A program made the position numbers and the translations under genes. A stretch of DNA of 64,000 bases from contig SVAI01000001.1 in NCBI GenBank assembly GCA_015059495.1, positions 435,246-499,245 on the forward strand. Direction: 5' to 3'. The notes below the pieces were generated by a model. It saw only the letters and a program-made list of their open reading frames with translations. It was not told the DNA's origin and did no database searches. This DNA comes from Bacillota bacterium. Its GTDB lineage: Bacteria > Bacillota_I > Bacilli_A > RF39 > UBA660. Position 1 is the stretch's first letter. Each line of letters begins with the position of its first letter. This document shows positions 36,758 through 46,868 of the stretch, one piece after another.

Positions 36758-37948
36758 TTATTCTCCTCTTTCTTCTATTATATTATCATTTTTATCATAT
36801 TCAATATTCATAAAATTTCTTGATACTATATAATCACACATATGTACAAACTTTTGATGCTTTAATTTAGGCTTAGGCATCACTATATCACCTTTTCTGT
36901 TTGTATTCCACTGTCCCATATGTGAAACTACACATTCATAGATATAATTCATATCTTCTTCACTTAAATCTAATTCTTTATAATTAGTTTTAATATAATC
37001 TCCAATAACTAATGGATGTTCAAATATAGTATAAGGACTACCATTTAATCCATGTTTAAATGCATCATGAAATAATAATGAATAAATAATTAAATCTTTT
37101 TCTCTATCACTATATTCTTCATCATACATCTCTAAATTTAATAATTCATAACCAATTCTAACAACATTCTTGCTATGTCTTATTAAACCTTGAGGTCCTA
37201 AATCACATAATGGATGATATTTGCCAGATGATGAAGCAGCAACTTCAAAGAAATAATCAGGTAATCTAGATAATAACTTTTTAGCACTATTTCTAATACC
37301 TTCATCTTTAATATAATTTAATTCTTTATTAAATATAATATATCTAATATTATCTTCTATTTCACCTAAGTTATTTATAGATGTATACATATTACTTTCA
37401 CCAAGAAATAAATTATACATACCTAAACTACTAGTAGGTTCCATATCACTTCTAATACTATCTCCAACCATTAAACATTCACATGGAGCATAGTTTTCAC
37501 AAGCATTTAAAAATGCTTTCTTATCAGGTTTAATACCAGCATTTTCTATACCATATACCTTTTTAAAATACTTTAATATTCCAGCACATTCCAATCTCTT
37601 TTCTTGATCTTCAACATACCATTTACTTAAAGCAACTAATTCATATCTTTTAGATAACTTTTCTAAATAAGAAGGTATATTATCATCAATTAAAGTTCCA
37701 TGTTTTTGATATACTTTAAATATTATATTAAAATCTTCTTCTTTAAAAGACTTATCAAATTTCTCATTAATATAACTTACAATATCTTCTTTTTCATAAC
37801 TTCTATCTAATGAATCATATTCTTCAATAGTATTATAAAAATCACTAACTATTTTCTCATCTTTAAAAAATTCTATATAAGTATCATGAGTATCTTTAAG
37901 TGTATCTAAAAGTGTCATATCGATATCAAATATAATTCTTTTAATCAT
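36758..37948 (-). CDS. HAD-superfamily hydrolase fused to an HD-domain phosphohydrolase
   Basis: N-terminal IIFDIDMTLLDT (HAD motif I DxD) with a downstream GDS..D. The C-terminal half has LLFHDAFKHG (HD motif). 1 nt from tyrS, so it is the first gene of the tyrS transcription unit. Confidence 0.55.
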   Translation of the reverse strand: MIKRIIFDIDMTLLDTLKDTHDTYIEFFKDEKIVSDFYNTIEEYDSLDRSYEKEDIVSYINEKFDKSFKEEDFNIIFKVYQKHGTLIDDNIPSYLEKLSKRYELVALSKWYVEDQEKRLECAGILKYFKKVYGIENAGIKPDKKAFLNACENYAPCECLMVGDSIRSDMEPTSSLGMYNLFLGESNMYTSINNLGEIEDNIRYIIFNKELNYIKDEGIRNSAKKLLSRLPDYFFEVAASSSGKYHPLCDLGPQGLIRHSKNVVRIGYELLNLEMYDEEYSDREKDLIIYSLLFHDAFKHGLNGSPYTIFEHPLVIGDYIKTNYKELDLSEEDMNYIYECVVSHMGQWNTNRKGDIVMPKPKLKHQKFVHMCDYIVSRNFMNIEYDKNDNIIEERGE

Positions 37949-37949
37949 G

Positions 37950-38150
37950 TTATACCTCCTTTAAAAATAAAAAACACGAAAACATTTCAAAGGACGAAAT
38001 ATTTCCGTGGTACCACCTTTATTGGTTCTTTATAGTTTTATAGGTCTACACCTTTTAAACTCCAAGTAGTGTATTTCAACTTAATTACTTTAAATCATTT
38101 TCACCAACCATGATCTCTCTTTATAAATTAATTAAATCTACTTAATTACT
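37950..38150 (-). promoter_or_regulatory. T-box riboswitch leader (predicted Tyr specifier) upstream of the HAD/HD-tyrS operon
   Basis: The minus-strand transcript contains AGAGAG (stem I start), a region with UAC codons (GAAAUACACUACUUGG), the T-box sequence AAAGGUGGUACCACGG, and a 14 bp terminator hairpin CACGGAAAUAUUUC...GAAAUGUUUUCGUG followed by UUUUUUAUUUUU. A candidate promoter TTGTTT-17-TAAAAT lies at plus 38161-38189. Confidence 0.7.
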
Positions 38151-38205
38151 CATCAACATTTAACATACATATTTTAACATATTTAAATATTTAAAACAAG
38201 GAGTA

Positions 38206-39894
38206 TTAACGGAAACCGCCTCCGCCGCCTCCGCCACCGAAGGAACCTCCTCCTCCGCCACCGCTAGAGAAGCCTCCACCACCAGATGAATAACTTTGAG
38301 CTCTAGATCTAGCAGCACTAGCAGCACTAACAGATGTATAAGAGAAGTCATGTATTAAAATAACATTATTATACATATCATCAGTAATAACATCAGGATA
38401 TAAGTTTTTAAACTCTTTAGCTACTTCTTTAGCCATACCAAATATTTGAGCATATATTAAATATTCTCTCCACATTTGTACTTCAATAGCTCTTTTATCA
38501 CCCATATTATCAAATTCTTTAAAGAACTTCTTTAAACCAGCCATATGAGCAGCTTTTTCATTTAATATGTTAGTAGCACCCATAACTTGTTTTTCTCTAC
38601 CAAACATACCCTTAGTCATAACATTATCTATATATTGTTTATCACTAGATAACTTAGTATATTCATAACTTTCAACCTTATCAAACCAACCTAATACTTT
38701 AGAATAATGATTAGAACAATATCTCTTAAATTCATTCTTTTCTAAGATATTATCTTTAGCAGCAATCTTCATCATATCCCATAATTCTAATTCTTTAGCA
38801 TCAATTGGATCTTTAACAAATTCTATCTTAGTTTCTTTATTTTTAAATATACCCTTTTCTTCAGTAGTAACACTAACATTACCATCCTTAATCCATTTTA
38901 ATATAACAGCACCTAAATAATCAGTTTTTTGTTTAGTTAAATTATATTCATCAGCAACTAAATACGCTCTACCAAAATCATCTTTAAATGGTAAATCTCT
39001 AAATGCTAATACATCTTTACCAGGAAATACTTTATTTTTAATCTTAGAACCAGCATTTTTACCAGCAACACCAATAAGAATTGGAATACCTATAAACATA
39101 AATCCGTAGAATAATATACCTAAAATACCAAAGATAATATCCATAAAACTATCTTCATCTTCACTATATTTTGTAGTTCCCTCTTCAGCACCAGCAAATA
39201 TATCATCCCAACTCTTATTAATTTTATTTGTAGTATTAAAATAATTAGCAGGGAACTTAACTAAAACAGTCATATAATCACTAGATTTTAAACCTTTTTC
39301 AGGAGGTTGCATTTCAATATAACCATCATAAACATATGCAGTACCACCATAATTACCATAACCCCATACATCTAATGTATCTTCATATTTTTTATCACTA
39401 TAAATCTTAATATATACATCTTTAGGTTTAGGATTCATATCATATGGTATTAATTGCCAAAATAATATTTGATAACCATCAGTAGTATTATAAATATAAT
39501 TCTTAATAGTATATTTTAAAGTATAAGTTCTACTACCATAATTAGATATACCCCAACATAAATCTACTTCATTACCTGTTTTATATATACCATTCTTATA
39601 CTTTTTACTATCAAACGATGACTTAACATTCCAACTATTTAAATAAGTATATTCAGTACCACTATCATCTACTACACTAAAATCAGTAATAGTTGAATTA
39701 CCCATATTATAATATGGATGATATCCTTCAGTACCTTCATTTAATTTAGCATTCCATACTTCAGTAATATGTGCATCACCATTTGAATCAACATATATAT
39801 CCATACTTATTTTATTTAATGAATTAGCACTAACACTAGCACTAAAAATAAAAAACATAACTACTATACTTATCAAATAATATAACTTCTTCAT
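38206..39894 (-). CDS. DUF2207-family membrane protein with Gly-rich C-terminal tail
   Basis: Signal peptide, large extracytoplasmic domain, central TM pair (IIFGILGILFYGFMFIGIPILIGV), cytoplasmic domain, and terminal SSGGGGFSSGGGGGGSFGGGGGGGGFR tail. Confidence 0.7.
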   Translation of the reverse strand: MKKLYYLISIVVMFFIFSASVSANSLNKISMDIYVDSNGDAHITEVWNAKLNEGTEGYHPYYNMGNSTITDFSVVDDSGTEYTYLNSWNVKSSFDSKKYKNGIYKTGNEVDLCWGISNYGSRTYTLKYTIKNYIYNTTDGYQILFWQLIPYDMNPKPKDVYIKIYSDKKYEDTLDVWGYGNYGGTAYVYDGYIEMQPPEKGLKSSDYMTVLVKFPANYFNTTNKINKSWDDIFAGAEEGTTKYSEDEDSFMDIIFGILGILFYGFMFIGIPILIGVAGKNAGSKIKNKVFPGKDVLAFRDLPFKDDFGRAYLVADEYNLTKQKTDYLGAVILKWIKDGNVSVTTEEKGIFKNKETKIEFVKDPIDAKELELWDMMKIAAKDNILEKNEFKRYCSNHYSKVLGWFDKVESYEYTKLSSDKQYIDNVMTKGMFGREKQVMGATNILNEKAAHMAGLKKFFKEFDNMGDKRAIEVQMWREYLIYAQIFGMAKEVAKEFKNLYPDVITDDMYNNVILIHDFSYTSVSAASAARSRAQSYSSGGGGFSSGGGGGGSFGGGGGGGGFR

Positions 39895-39959
39895 AAACGT
39901 TCACATCCTCATATTCATTATATAATATTTTAAATAAAAAAAGAAGATAAAAAATCTTC

Positions 39960-41855
39960 TTAATTAGTTCTTAAAGTAAAGTATCCTGCTTTATTAGCAG
40001 AAGGATTATCTATTCTAGCATATTCACCATTTATATGACTATCAGTATAAGTAGTTCCAGCTCCACCTTTTAATTTAGTACTACCAATAAACATATTACC
40101 AGCACTATAAGATGAAGGATGAGCAAAATCACTAGGTACATAAACAGTTTCAAGTTCAGTACAATAATTCATCATATATTTAAGACTAGTAACCTTAGAA
40201 GTATTAAACTTAGGACCTAAATCAAGAACTCTAATAGATGATAACCAAGTAAACATAGCTTGCATATTAGTAACATTTGATGTATCAAAATTATTGCCTA
40301 AATTTAAATCAGTTAATGCATGCATACTAGCAAACATTGATTGCATAGTTGTTACTTTAGAAGTATCAAACTTATCACCTAAATCTAAACTAGCGACATT
40401 CTTTAACCCTGCAAACATACTTCTCATATAGCTAACATTTGATGTATCAAAATTAGAACCCAAATCTAATGATTCTAAAGCATCACAACTTTCAAACATA
40501 CTATTCATATTAGATACTCTACCAGTATTAAATTTATCACCTAAATCTAATGATTTAAGATTCTTCATATTATAAAACATATATTTCATATCACTTACAT
40601 TAGATGTATCAAAATTAGATCCTAAATCTATACTTTCCATACTTTGTAGATTAAAAAACATTCCTGACATATTCTTAACATTACCAGTATTAAAATTATT
40701 ACCAAAATTAATAGATGTAATATTAGCACAATTATAAAACATATCTTCCATAGTAGTAACATCACTTGTATCAAAGCTGTTTCCAAAATCTATAGCTTGT
40801 ATATAATAACTATTATAAAACAATCCATACATATTCTTAACACGAGATGCATTTAATTTTTCTAAATTTAAACTAGAATATCCCATGTTATTTGAAAACA
40901 TATAAGAACTATTTTCATTCATATAAATAGTAGGATTTTCAGAACTTATATATAATATTCCATTATAAACAAAAGCATAAATATCATCATCTCTATTATC
41001 AGATGAAACATCCATAATTGTAACATTTTCTAATATTTGAGAAGGTAAATCAGATATTTTTGTATTACTAATGGATAAAGCACGTATATATAATTTACCA
41101 TCATTTATAGTGCTTAATAAAGTATTATTATAATATTCCTCACATGTTAGACCAGATGTTTCAAAATCACTTTTACTAGCACAATAAGCATCTAAATCAA
41201 CACCAACATGATTTCTAGCCGATTCAACTGATAACTCACTAACTATTTGATTAAAGGTAGGACCATCAACAAGTTCAGCTACTCTTTCAGCTTCTTTATA
41301 ATCATTTATACTTATTTTACCCTTAAACTTTTTACCCTTATTATCATCTTGATTAGTTCCATCATCTTTAAAATAGAAAATTATTGTATAAGCATGAGCT
41401 TTACCAGCGCTTATCGAACAAGCAGAAAAAATTTTAGATTCTTCTCCTACCTCACTTGGAACAACTCTTTCTCCATCTACAGAACAACCATCTTCAAAAA
41501 TTTCAGAATTATGTTCATAATTAGATATGGAGTCAACATAATAAACTAAATCATTTTTATCAGCAAATGTATTTATTATTTCAGATAAATATACATCATA
41601 AGTAGTATCCATATTTCCTGAATTATAAACAACAAAAGACTTTTCTACACGTTGTGTTGGATAAGCATTATTTAAAGATACTTGATCGCCATCATAAAAT
41701 TCTAATCTTAAATCTCCAGATGTAATAACTGTATCATAAACACTCTCGTTACCTTTAACATTAGCTACGAAATACGCATAAGATGCACTAGTAACCAACG
41801 ATAATATTAAAAAGGCTGCAACTAATACAAGTGTTTTTATATATCTATTCTTCAT
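39960..41855 (-). CDS. secreted TasA/camelysin-like N-domain protein with C-terminal DUF285-type 26-residue surface repeats
   Basis: N-terminus SYAYFVANVKGNESVYDTVITSGDLRL plus a TasA-like domain (YLSEIINTFADKNDLVY shared with the 4625-6283 product). The C-terminal half has at least 8 tandem repeats of the form LDLG.NFDTSNVT.M..MF. Confidence 0.65.
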   Translation of the reverse strand: MKNRYIKTLVLVAAFLILSLVTSASYAYFVANVKGNESVYDTVITSGDLRLEFYDGDQVSLNNAYPTQRVEKSFVVYNSGNMDTTYDVYLSEIINTFADKNDLVYYVDSISNYEHNSEIFEDGCSVDGERVVPSEVGEESKIFSACSISAGKAHAYTIIFYFKDDGTNQDDNKGKKFKGKISINDYKEAERVAELVDGPTFNQIVSELSVESARNHVGVDLDAYCASKSDFETSGLTCEEYYNNTLLSTINDGKLYIRALSISNTKISDLPSQILENVTIMDVSSDNRDDDIYAFVYNGILYISSENPTIYMNENSSYMFSNNMGYSSLNLEKLNASRVKNMYGLFYNSYYIQAIDFGNSFDTSDVTTMEDMFYNCANITSINFGNNFNTGNVKNMSGMFFNLQSMESIDLGSNFDTSNVSDMKYMFYNMKNLKSLDLGDKFNTGRVSNMNSMFESCDALESLDLGSNFDTSNVSYMRSMFAGLKNVASLDLGDKFDTSKVTTMQSMFASMHALTDLNLGNNFDTSNVTNMQAMFTWLSSIRVLDLGPKFNTSKVTSLKYMMNYCTELETVYVPSDFAHPSSYSAGNMFIGSTKLKGGAGTTYTDSHINGEYARIDNPSANKAGYFTLRTN

Positions 41856-41955
41856 ATTATCACTACCTTATACATATTATCATTTTTAATAAAAAAAGTA
41901 AATTAATTTTATACAATATATTTCAAATAAAAAAAGAAGATATAAATCTTCTTTT

Positions 41956-43740
41956 TTATTTAATACCTCCACCAGCAGAGTCACAGTCAGACCATGACGA
42001 AGGTACACTACCGCTTGGTGTATATCCAGCGCTATATCCAGTATCACAAAATGCACTAGAACCATTCGTAACATTTGATATATCAAAATTATTTCCAAGA
42101 TTTAAGCTAAAATTTTGAGCATTATAACCCGCATCAGTAAACATATTTGACATATCATAAACATTAGAAGTATTAAAATTATTTCCTAAATCTATTGTTA
42201 AAGAATTAGCATTATAACCAAATTCCCCAAACATATGAGACATATTAGTAACACTAGATGTATCAAAGTTATTTCCTAAAACCAAATTAATATTAGCACC
42301 AGAAGCTCCAGCATTATAAAACATACTACTCATGTTTCTTACATACTTAGTATATAAATTATCTATGTGATCTATTCTTTCAAAAGGCATACCACTTAGT
42401 AATTCAGAAGTACTATAAGGAACTACCATATTTTCAAAATCAACAACACTAATTTTTCTATTATCTTCCCACGTCATAAAATCATAAGTATATTTATCCA
42501 TTTCTTCATCATAACTTAACAAACTAGGATTTTTTACAACATATACATCATCTCTTGCTACTCCAGTAGAATTAAAAGCTAATGTATATTTAGAATCATT
42601 TTTTATATACTTATAAATATATAAATCAAGTGTATTACCAGTAGGAATACAATTACCTAAATATCTATTTGGAGGATCATTTAAACATTCTTCAAGTGAA
42701 ATACCATGAATGCTACCATCTACAAAATTTTTTATAGAAACAAGCTGAGATTTTAATTCACAAGAAAAATTATATGCTCCGTTCGAATCCAAAAATTCAT
42801 AACAACTATTTTCATCATCAAAAATCAAATTATATGTTTTAGACTGATATTTTTGTTTATCAGCGTTAAATTCGCACATATAAGCAGAATTATCATTTTG
42901 GCATTCTTCTAATGTATCATATTCATTACGTGACATTGGTATAGTATATTTATTTTCTTTCATTTCACATAAAACTGTAAATCCCTCACTAGAATTTTCT
43001 AACGCTTGAGTATTACATTCCTCTAATGAATAGTAATTCGGATCAAAAAACTCCTCTTCATAATATTCATAATTAGCAATCTCCATGGTTGCTGGAGAAC
43101 AACTACCATAACCATTATTACTTATAGCATTATTACAATCTTGTTCATTGCTATAATTCTCATGATTATATTCATTTGCATAAAGATATGCAAATACAGG
43201 TGTTTGTGCAACTTCAATTTCTTCAATTCCAATTATAGAACTAAATGTAACCCCTTGATTATCACCTTGATCAGTATCATCAACTTTAAATGTAATAGTT
43301 AATATATAATGATGAGTTTGACCAACACCTATTCCTACTCCACTAGCAAACTTTCCACTTACAGATGGTGCAACTGTTTCATCTATATTAAAACCACCAT
43401 CATCAGATACTAAAGTATACACCAAATCATTTTTATCAACAAATGAATTAATTACATTATTAAAATATAAATCATAATAAGCTGTTACAGTACCAGTGTT
43501 AGACACTTCAAATGGTACCATAACGCTTTGACCCGGTATCATATTATCAGAAGAGCCAATAATATTACCTTGACTAAAGCTAACAGACATATTACCTGTA
43601 GTTATTACCATTTCTTGTGATCTACCAGCAACAGCCCCACTAAAATATGCATAAGATACTAAAGATACTATACAAAAAACAGAAAGACATATTGAAATTA
43701 TTGCTATTTTATTCTTTTTAGATAAATTCATTTTGCACAT
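41956..43740 (-). CDS. secreted TasA/camelysin-like N-domain protein with C-terminal DUF285-type repeats
   Basis: N-terminus SYAYFSGAVAGRSQEMVITTGNMSV. C-terminal repeats LGNNFDTSSVTNMSHMF / LGNNFNTSNVYDMSNMF / LGNNFDISNVTNGSSAF. Confidence 0.65.
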   Translation of the reverse strand: MCKMNLSKKNKIAIISICLSVFCIVSLVSYAYFSGAVAGRSQEMVITTGNMSVSFSQGNIIGSSDNMIPGQSVMVPFEVSNTGTVTAYYDLYFNNVINSFVDKNDLVYTLVSDDGGFNIDETVAPSVSGKFASGVGIGVGQTHHYILTITFKVDDTDQGDNQGVTFSSIIGIEEIEVAQTPVFAYLYANEYNHENYSNEQDCNNAISNNGYGSCSPATMEIANYEYYEEEFFDPNYYSLEECNTQALENSSEGFTVLCEMKENKYTIPMSRNEYDTLEECQNDNSAYMCEFNADKQKYQSKTYNLIFDDENSCYEFLDSNGAYNFSCELKSQLVSIKNFVDGSIHGISLEECLNDPPNRYLGNCIPTGNTLDLYIYKYIKNDSKYTLAFNSTGVARDDVYVVKNPSLLSYDEEMDKYTYDFMTWEDNRKISVVDFENMVVPYSTSELLSGMPFERIDHIDNLYTKYVRNMSSMFYNAGASGANINLVLGNNFDTSSVTNMSHMFGEFGYNANSLTIDLGNNFNTSNVYDMSNMFTDAGYNAQNFSLNLGNNFDISNVTNGSSAFCDTGYSAGYTPSGSVPSSWSDCDSAGGGIK

Positions 43741-43742
43741 CC

Positions 43743-44888
43743 CTACTTTTCTAAAATTATAACTGGTCGAACACCATAATGAACCTGATAGTATTTATAA
43801 TCATATTCATAATTATCCCAAACGAATTTTCCAGTTTTGTCCACTGCTACAATACTATAAGCACCAGATGCAGTACCAGACCAATAAGACGTTTGATAAA
43901 CCCATTCAGGCGCATTATGTGTACAGTCATTACCCAAAGACCAGCATCCTAAGCTATTCAATTCACTTTCAGTTATTAATCTGCCTGATACTCTTGCACC
44001 CTGACCATTTAAATAATTTACATAATATTCTACGTATTCAGCAATAGAATTAATATAAGTTCCATCATCATTTTTATTATTAGTATAAACATAAGCATGA
44101 TAATTATTACCATATTCAGGTTTAACATGATTTTGTGAATCATTCCAATAATTTATACTTGAAAATGGAACAGGAGAACCGTAACCAGCAAATTGCAAGC
44201 CATCTTTAAATCCATATTGAGCACCATCATCTCCAACATTTAAATTCCACTTAGAAAGAAGTTTAACATGTTCTTCGTCTTCTTGGCCTATTACATAGAA
44301 TTGTTCATTTGCTATTTTAACTATAGATCCAACAGTATATAAATCTCCTGATACAATCGTATATGGTGGCTTTGTATCTTCACTTAAACCTATTTTTGCG
44401 CTAAAAATCTTACCTTTATTATCATCTTGGTTTACACCAGTTTCATCAAAAGTTACTCTTAGTGTATAATTTTGTGTTGTACCAACAGGTAAACTTATAT
44501 GACGTTTAATTGCTTGATTAACGCTTGGACACGTTGCTTGTGCAACTGTTGTTCCAGAACCATCAATAAGTTCACATACTAAATCTTCTTTTGTAACAAA
44601 TGTATTTATAATATCATTTAAATCAACACTATAAAACATATCTACTGTACCTGTATTTTGTACAGAAAACGATTTTTCTATATATTGTCCTGGCAACATA
44701 TTTGATGTTGAACCAATAACACTGCCATCAATATAAGTTATTTCCAGCTGACCTGTTGTAACAACTGTTGCTCGTGATACACCAGTAATAGTTGCAAAGA
44801 AATGAGCGTAAGACACAGTTGAAATTAAGCAAACAATAAAAGCACATATTGCAACTAAAAATAATTTTTTATTCTTAGTTAATTTCAT
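43743..44888 (-). CDS. secreted TasA/camelysin-like N-domain protein with distinct C-terminal domain
   Basis: N-terminus SYAHFFATITGVSRATVVTTGQLEI plus a TasA-like domain. Ends in GVRPVIILEK (compare GVRPALYLK / GVRPALFLK in cluster-1 paralogs). 2 bp from the next paralog. Confidence 0.6.
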   Translation of the reverse strand: MKLTKNKKLFLVAICAFIVCLISTVSYAHFFATITGVSRATVVTTGQLEITYIDGSVIGSTSNMLPGQYIEKSFSVQNTGTVDMFYSVDLNDIINTFVTKEDLVCELIDGSGTTVAQATCPSVNQAIKRHISLPVGTTQNYTLRVTFDETGVNQDDNKGKIFSAKIGLSEDTKPPYTIVSGDLYTVGSIVKIANEQFYVIGQEDEEHVKLLSKWNLNVGDDGAQYGFKDGLQFAGYGSPVPFSSINYWNDSQNHVKPEYGNNYHAYVYTNNKNDDGTYINSIAEYVEYYVNYLNGQGARVSGRLITESELNSLGCWSLGNDCTHNAPEWVYQTSYWSGTASGAYSIVAVDKTGKFVWDNYEYDYKYYQVHYGVRPVIILEK

Positions 44889-44916
44889 ATTTAAGTCTCC
44901 TATATCATTAATGTAA

Positions 44917-44945
44917 TTATATAATAATTTTTATTTTCTAACAAC
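44917..44945 (-). promoter_or_regulatory. sigma-A-type promoter for the 44888 to 39960 TasA-like gene cluster
   Basis: Minus strand TTGTTA (plus 44940-44945), 17 nt spacer, TATAAT (plus 44917-44922), then an AGGAGA RBS before the ATG at 44888. Confidence 0.5.
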
Positions 44946-44992
44946 AAAAAAATAGAATTATTTACATTAAAAAAAGATTGGATAAACCAATC

Positions 44993-45547
44993 TTAGAATT
45001 TAACTTGTACGTTTTGTCTTTCTTCTGCAGAAGCTTCAAAGAAGTTAACTTCTTTAAATCCTAACATACCAGCAATTAATACTGTAGGGAATGTTTCTCT
45101 CTTAGTATTGTATTTTCTAACAATATCATTGTAGAATTGTCTAGCATATTGAATTTTATCTTCTGTTTCACTTAGTTCTTTTTGTAATGAATTAAAGTTT
45201 TCATTAGCTTTTAATTCTGGATAAGCTTCACTTAAAGCAAATAACTTAGAAATAGCTTTAGTTAATTCTCCATCAGCTTTCATTTGATCCTCTGGAGCAC
45301 TAGCACTAACATAAGTATTTCTAGCAGCAATTACAGCTTCTAAAGTTTCACTTTCATGTTTAGCATAACCTTTAACAGTTTCAACTAAATTAGGAATTAA
45401 ATCAAATCTTCTTTTTAATACAGTATCGATTTGAGCCCATTGATCTTTAACTTTATTTCTTAAAGATACTAATGAGTTATAAGTTGAAATTACCCAAAGA
45501 ACTAATAAAACAACGATAACTAGTACAACAATTAACCATGTTGGCAT
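44993..45547 (-). CDS. LemA family protein
   Basis: N-terminal TM then SLRNKVKDQWAQIDTVLKRRFDLIPNLVETVKGYAKHESETLEAVIAARN, the canonical LemA sequence. Its own terminator aagattgg-ataaa-ccaatctt lies at 44973-44992. Confidence 0.85.
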   Translation of the reverse strand: MPTWLIVVLVIVVLLVLWVISTYNSLVSLRNKVKDQWAQIDTVLKRRFDLIPNLVETVKGYAKHESETLEAVIAARNTYVSASAPEDQMKADGELTKAISKLFALSEAYPELKANENFNSLQKELSETEDKIQYARQFYNDIVRKYNTKRETFPTVLIAGMLGFKEVNFFEASAEERQNVQVKF

Positions 45548-45588
45548 ACATATACCTCCTTTATTAATAATATAGTATCACAATTATA

Positions 45589-46824
45589 TTATTTTTTAAA
45601 TATCTTTTTTAAAATATGATGTATAGTGTAAATGTAATTTACTTTAATTTCATATGCTCCAATTAACTCCTCAACATATCCATTAAATCCCTTTTTAAAT
45701 TCATATACACCATAATCTTTTTCATAATTTTTTTCATATAAATCCCTAATTCCATAGAAATTATATCTCTTATAATTATGTTCTGATGCATACTTAATCA
45801 TTTCATATTGTAATCTATATTGTCCATTAAATTTCATATATTCATCATATGAACCACTAAATAAATATACTATTTCAGAACCATATAATACAAACATAGC
45901 ACCACTTAATATTAATTCATCACCATGTTTATCTTTTAACTCTATAGCATTACTTATTCTATCATTAATATTTAATATATCTTTTTTAAATTGTTCTTTC
46001 TTCTTTAAATTAGAATTACTATCACTTAATTCTTCTATTTTTCTTTCTAATTCTTTTCTTTCACTCTTTAATTCATCTATATATAAATTTAAGTCTAACT
46101 TACATACTAAAGTCTTTAACTTATCACCAAATATCTTATACATATTTTGATAATAAGATAAACTTCTATCAACAAAATGTCTTCTATCACATGTATCTTG
46201 AGTAATTTTTTTAAATACATCTAACTTTTCATATGGTATTTCTTCAACTATTAATTTAAACTTATTTAATGTTTTATTAATACAATTTCTAGTATTAGGT
46301 TTCATATCACTTAATAGTTCATCAATACTCTTATTAGTATCAAGTACAAATGTCCATTTAACTTGAGCATTATTTTTAAGTGATTTATATCCCATTTTCT
46401 TTAGATATTTATCTACATATCTATTATCTATTCCATTTTCTACTTCCTTACCATCTATATCCCTCTCTACATACGGAATATAAGGATCTATTATTAATCT
46501 ATAACCTTTTTTATTCTTAATAAACTCTTTAATCTTTAAAGTAAAATACTTAACTAATTCTTCATTAGTATAATCTATTAAAAATCCTTTTAAAGCTTCA
46601 TATGTTTTATATCCCATAAATGAAGAAGAATTAGTAATTAATGTAGCACATATAATATTATCACTATCATCTTTTAATCCTAATAAATATACTTCTTTAT
46701 TTTCTTTTTCTAATAATTCTTTCATATATATTGATTGAAAGAAATTATTATGTTCATGCTTAATAGCATATTCATTAAATTCTTCATCATTTAATTCTAC
46801 TAATTTATAATTCATTATATTCAT
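45589..46824 (-). CDS. FemAB-family peptidoglycan aminoacyltransferase
   Basis: N-terminus NFFQSIYMKELLEKENKEVYLLGLKDDSDNIICATLI matches the FemABX FLQS..W...LLG pattern. Central coiled-coil insertion (ELKSERKELERKIEELSDSNSNLKKKEQ) as in FemA/FemB. Confidence 0.7.
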   Translation of the reverse strand: MNIMNYKLVELNDEEFNEYAIKHEHNNFFQSIYMKELLEKENKEVYLLGLKDDSDNIICATLITNSSSFMGYKTYEALKGFLIDYTNEELVKYFTLKIKEFIKNKKGYRLIIDPYIPYVERDIDGKEVENGIDNRYVDKYLKKMGYKSLKNNAQVKWTFVLDTNKSIDELLSDMKPNTRNCINKTLNKFKLIVEEIPYEKLDVFKKITQDTCDRRHFVDRSLSYYQNMYKIFGDKLKTLVCKLDLNLYIDELKSERKELERKIEELSDSNSNLKKKEQFKKDILNINDRISNAIELKDKHGDELILSGAMFVLYGSEIVYLFSGSYDEYMKFNGQYRLQYEMIKYASEHNYKRYNFYGIRDLYEKNYEKDYGVYEFKKGFNGYVEELIGAYEIKVNYIYTIHHILKKIFKK

Positions 46825-46868
46825 CTTCTCTCAAATATATTATAACATTAAATAAAAAAAACATTCAA

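Noticed and set aside
38160-38351. 63 aa minus-strand ORF
   Set aside because: An alternative frame overlapping the Gly-rich 3' end of the DUF2207 gene (GGC repeats read as Ala/Glu). It also overlaps the predicted T-box promoter.
41247-42118. ORFs 41247-41549 (+), 41831-42118 (+) and 41886-42098 (-)
   Set aside because: Antisense or alternative-frame ORFs inside or at the junction of the two DUF285-repeat genes. Low-complexity translations.
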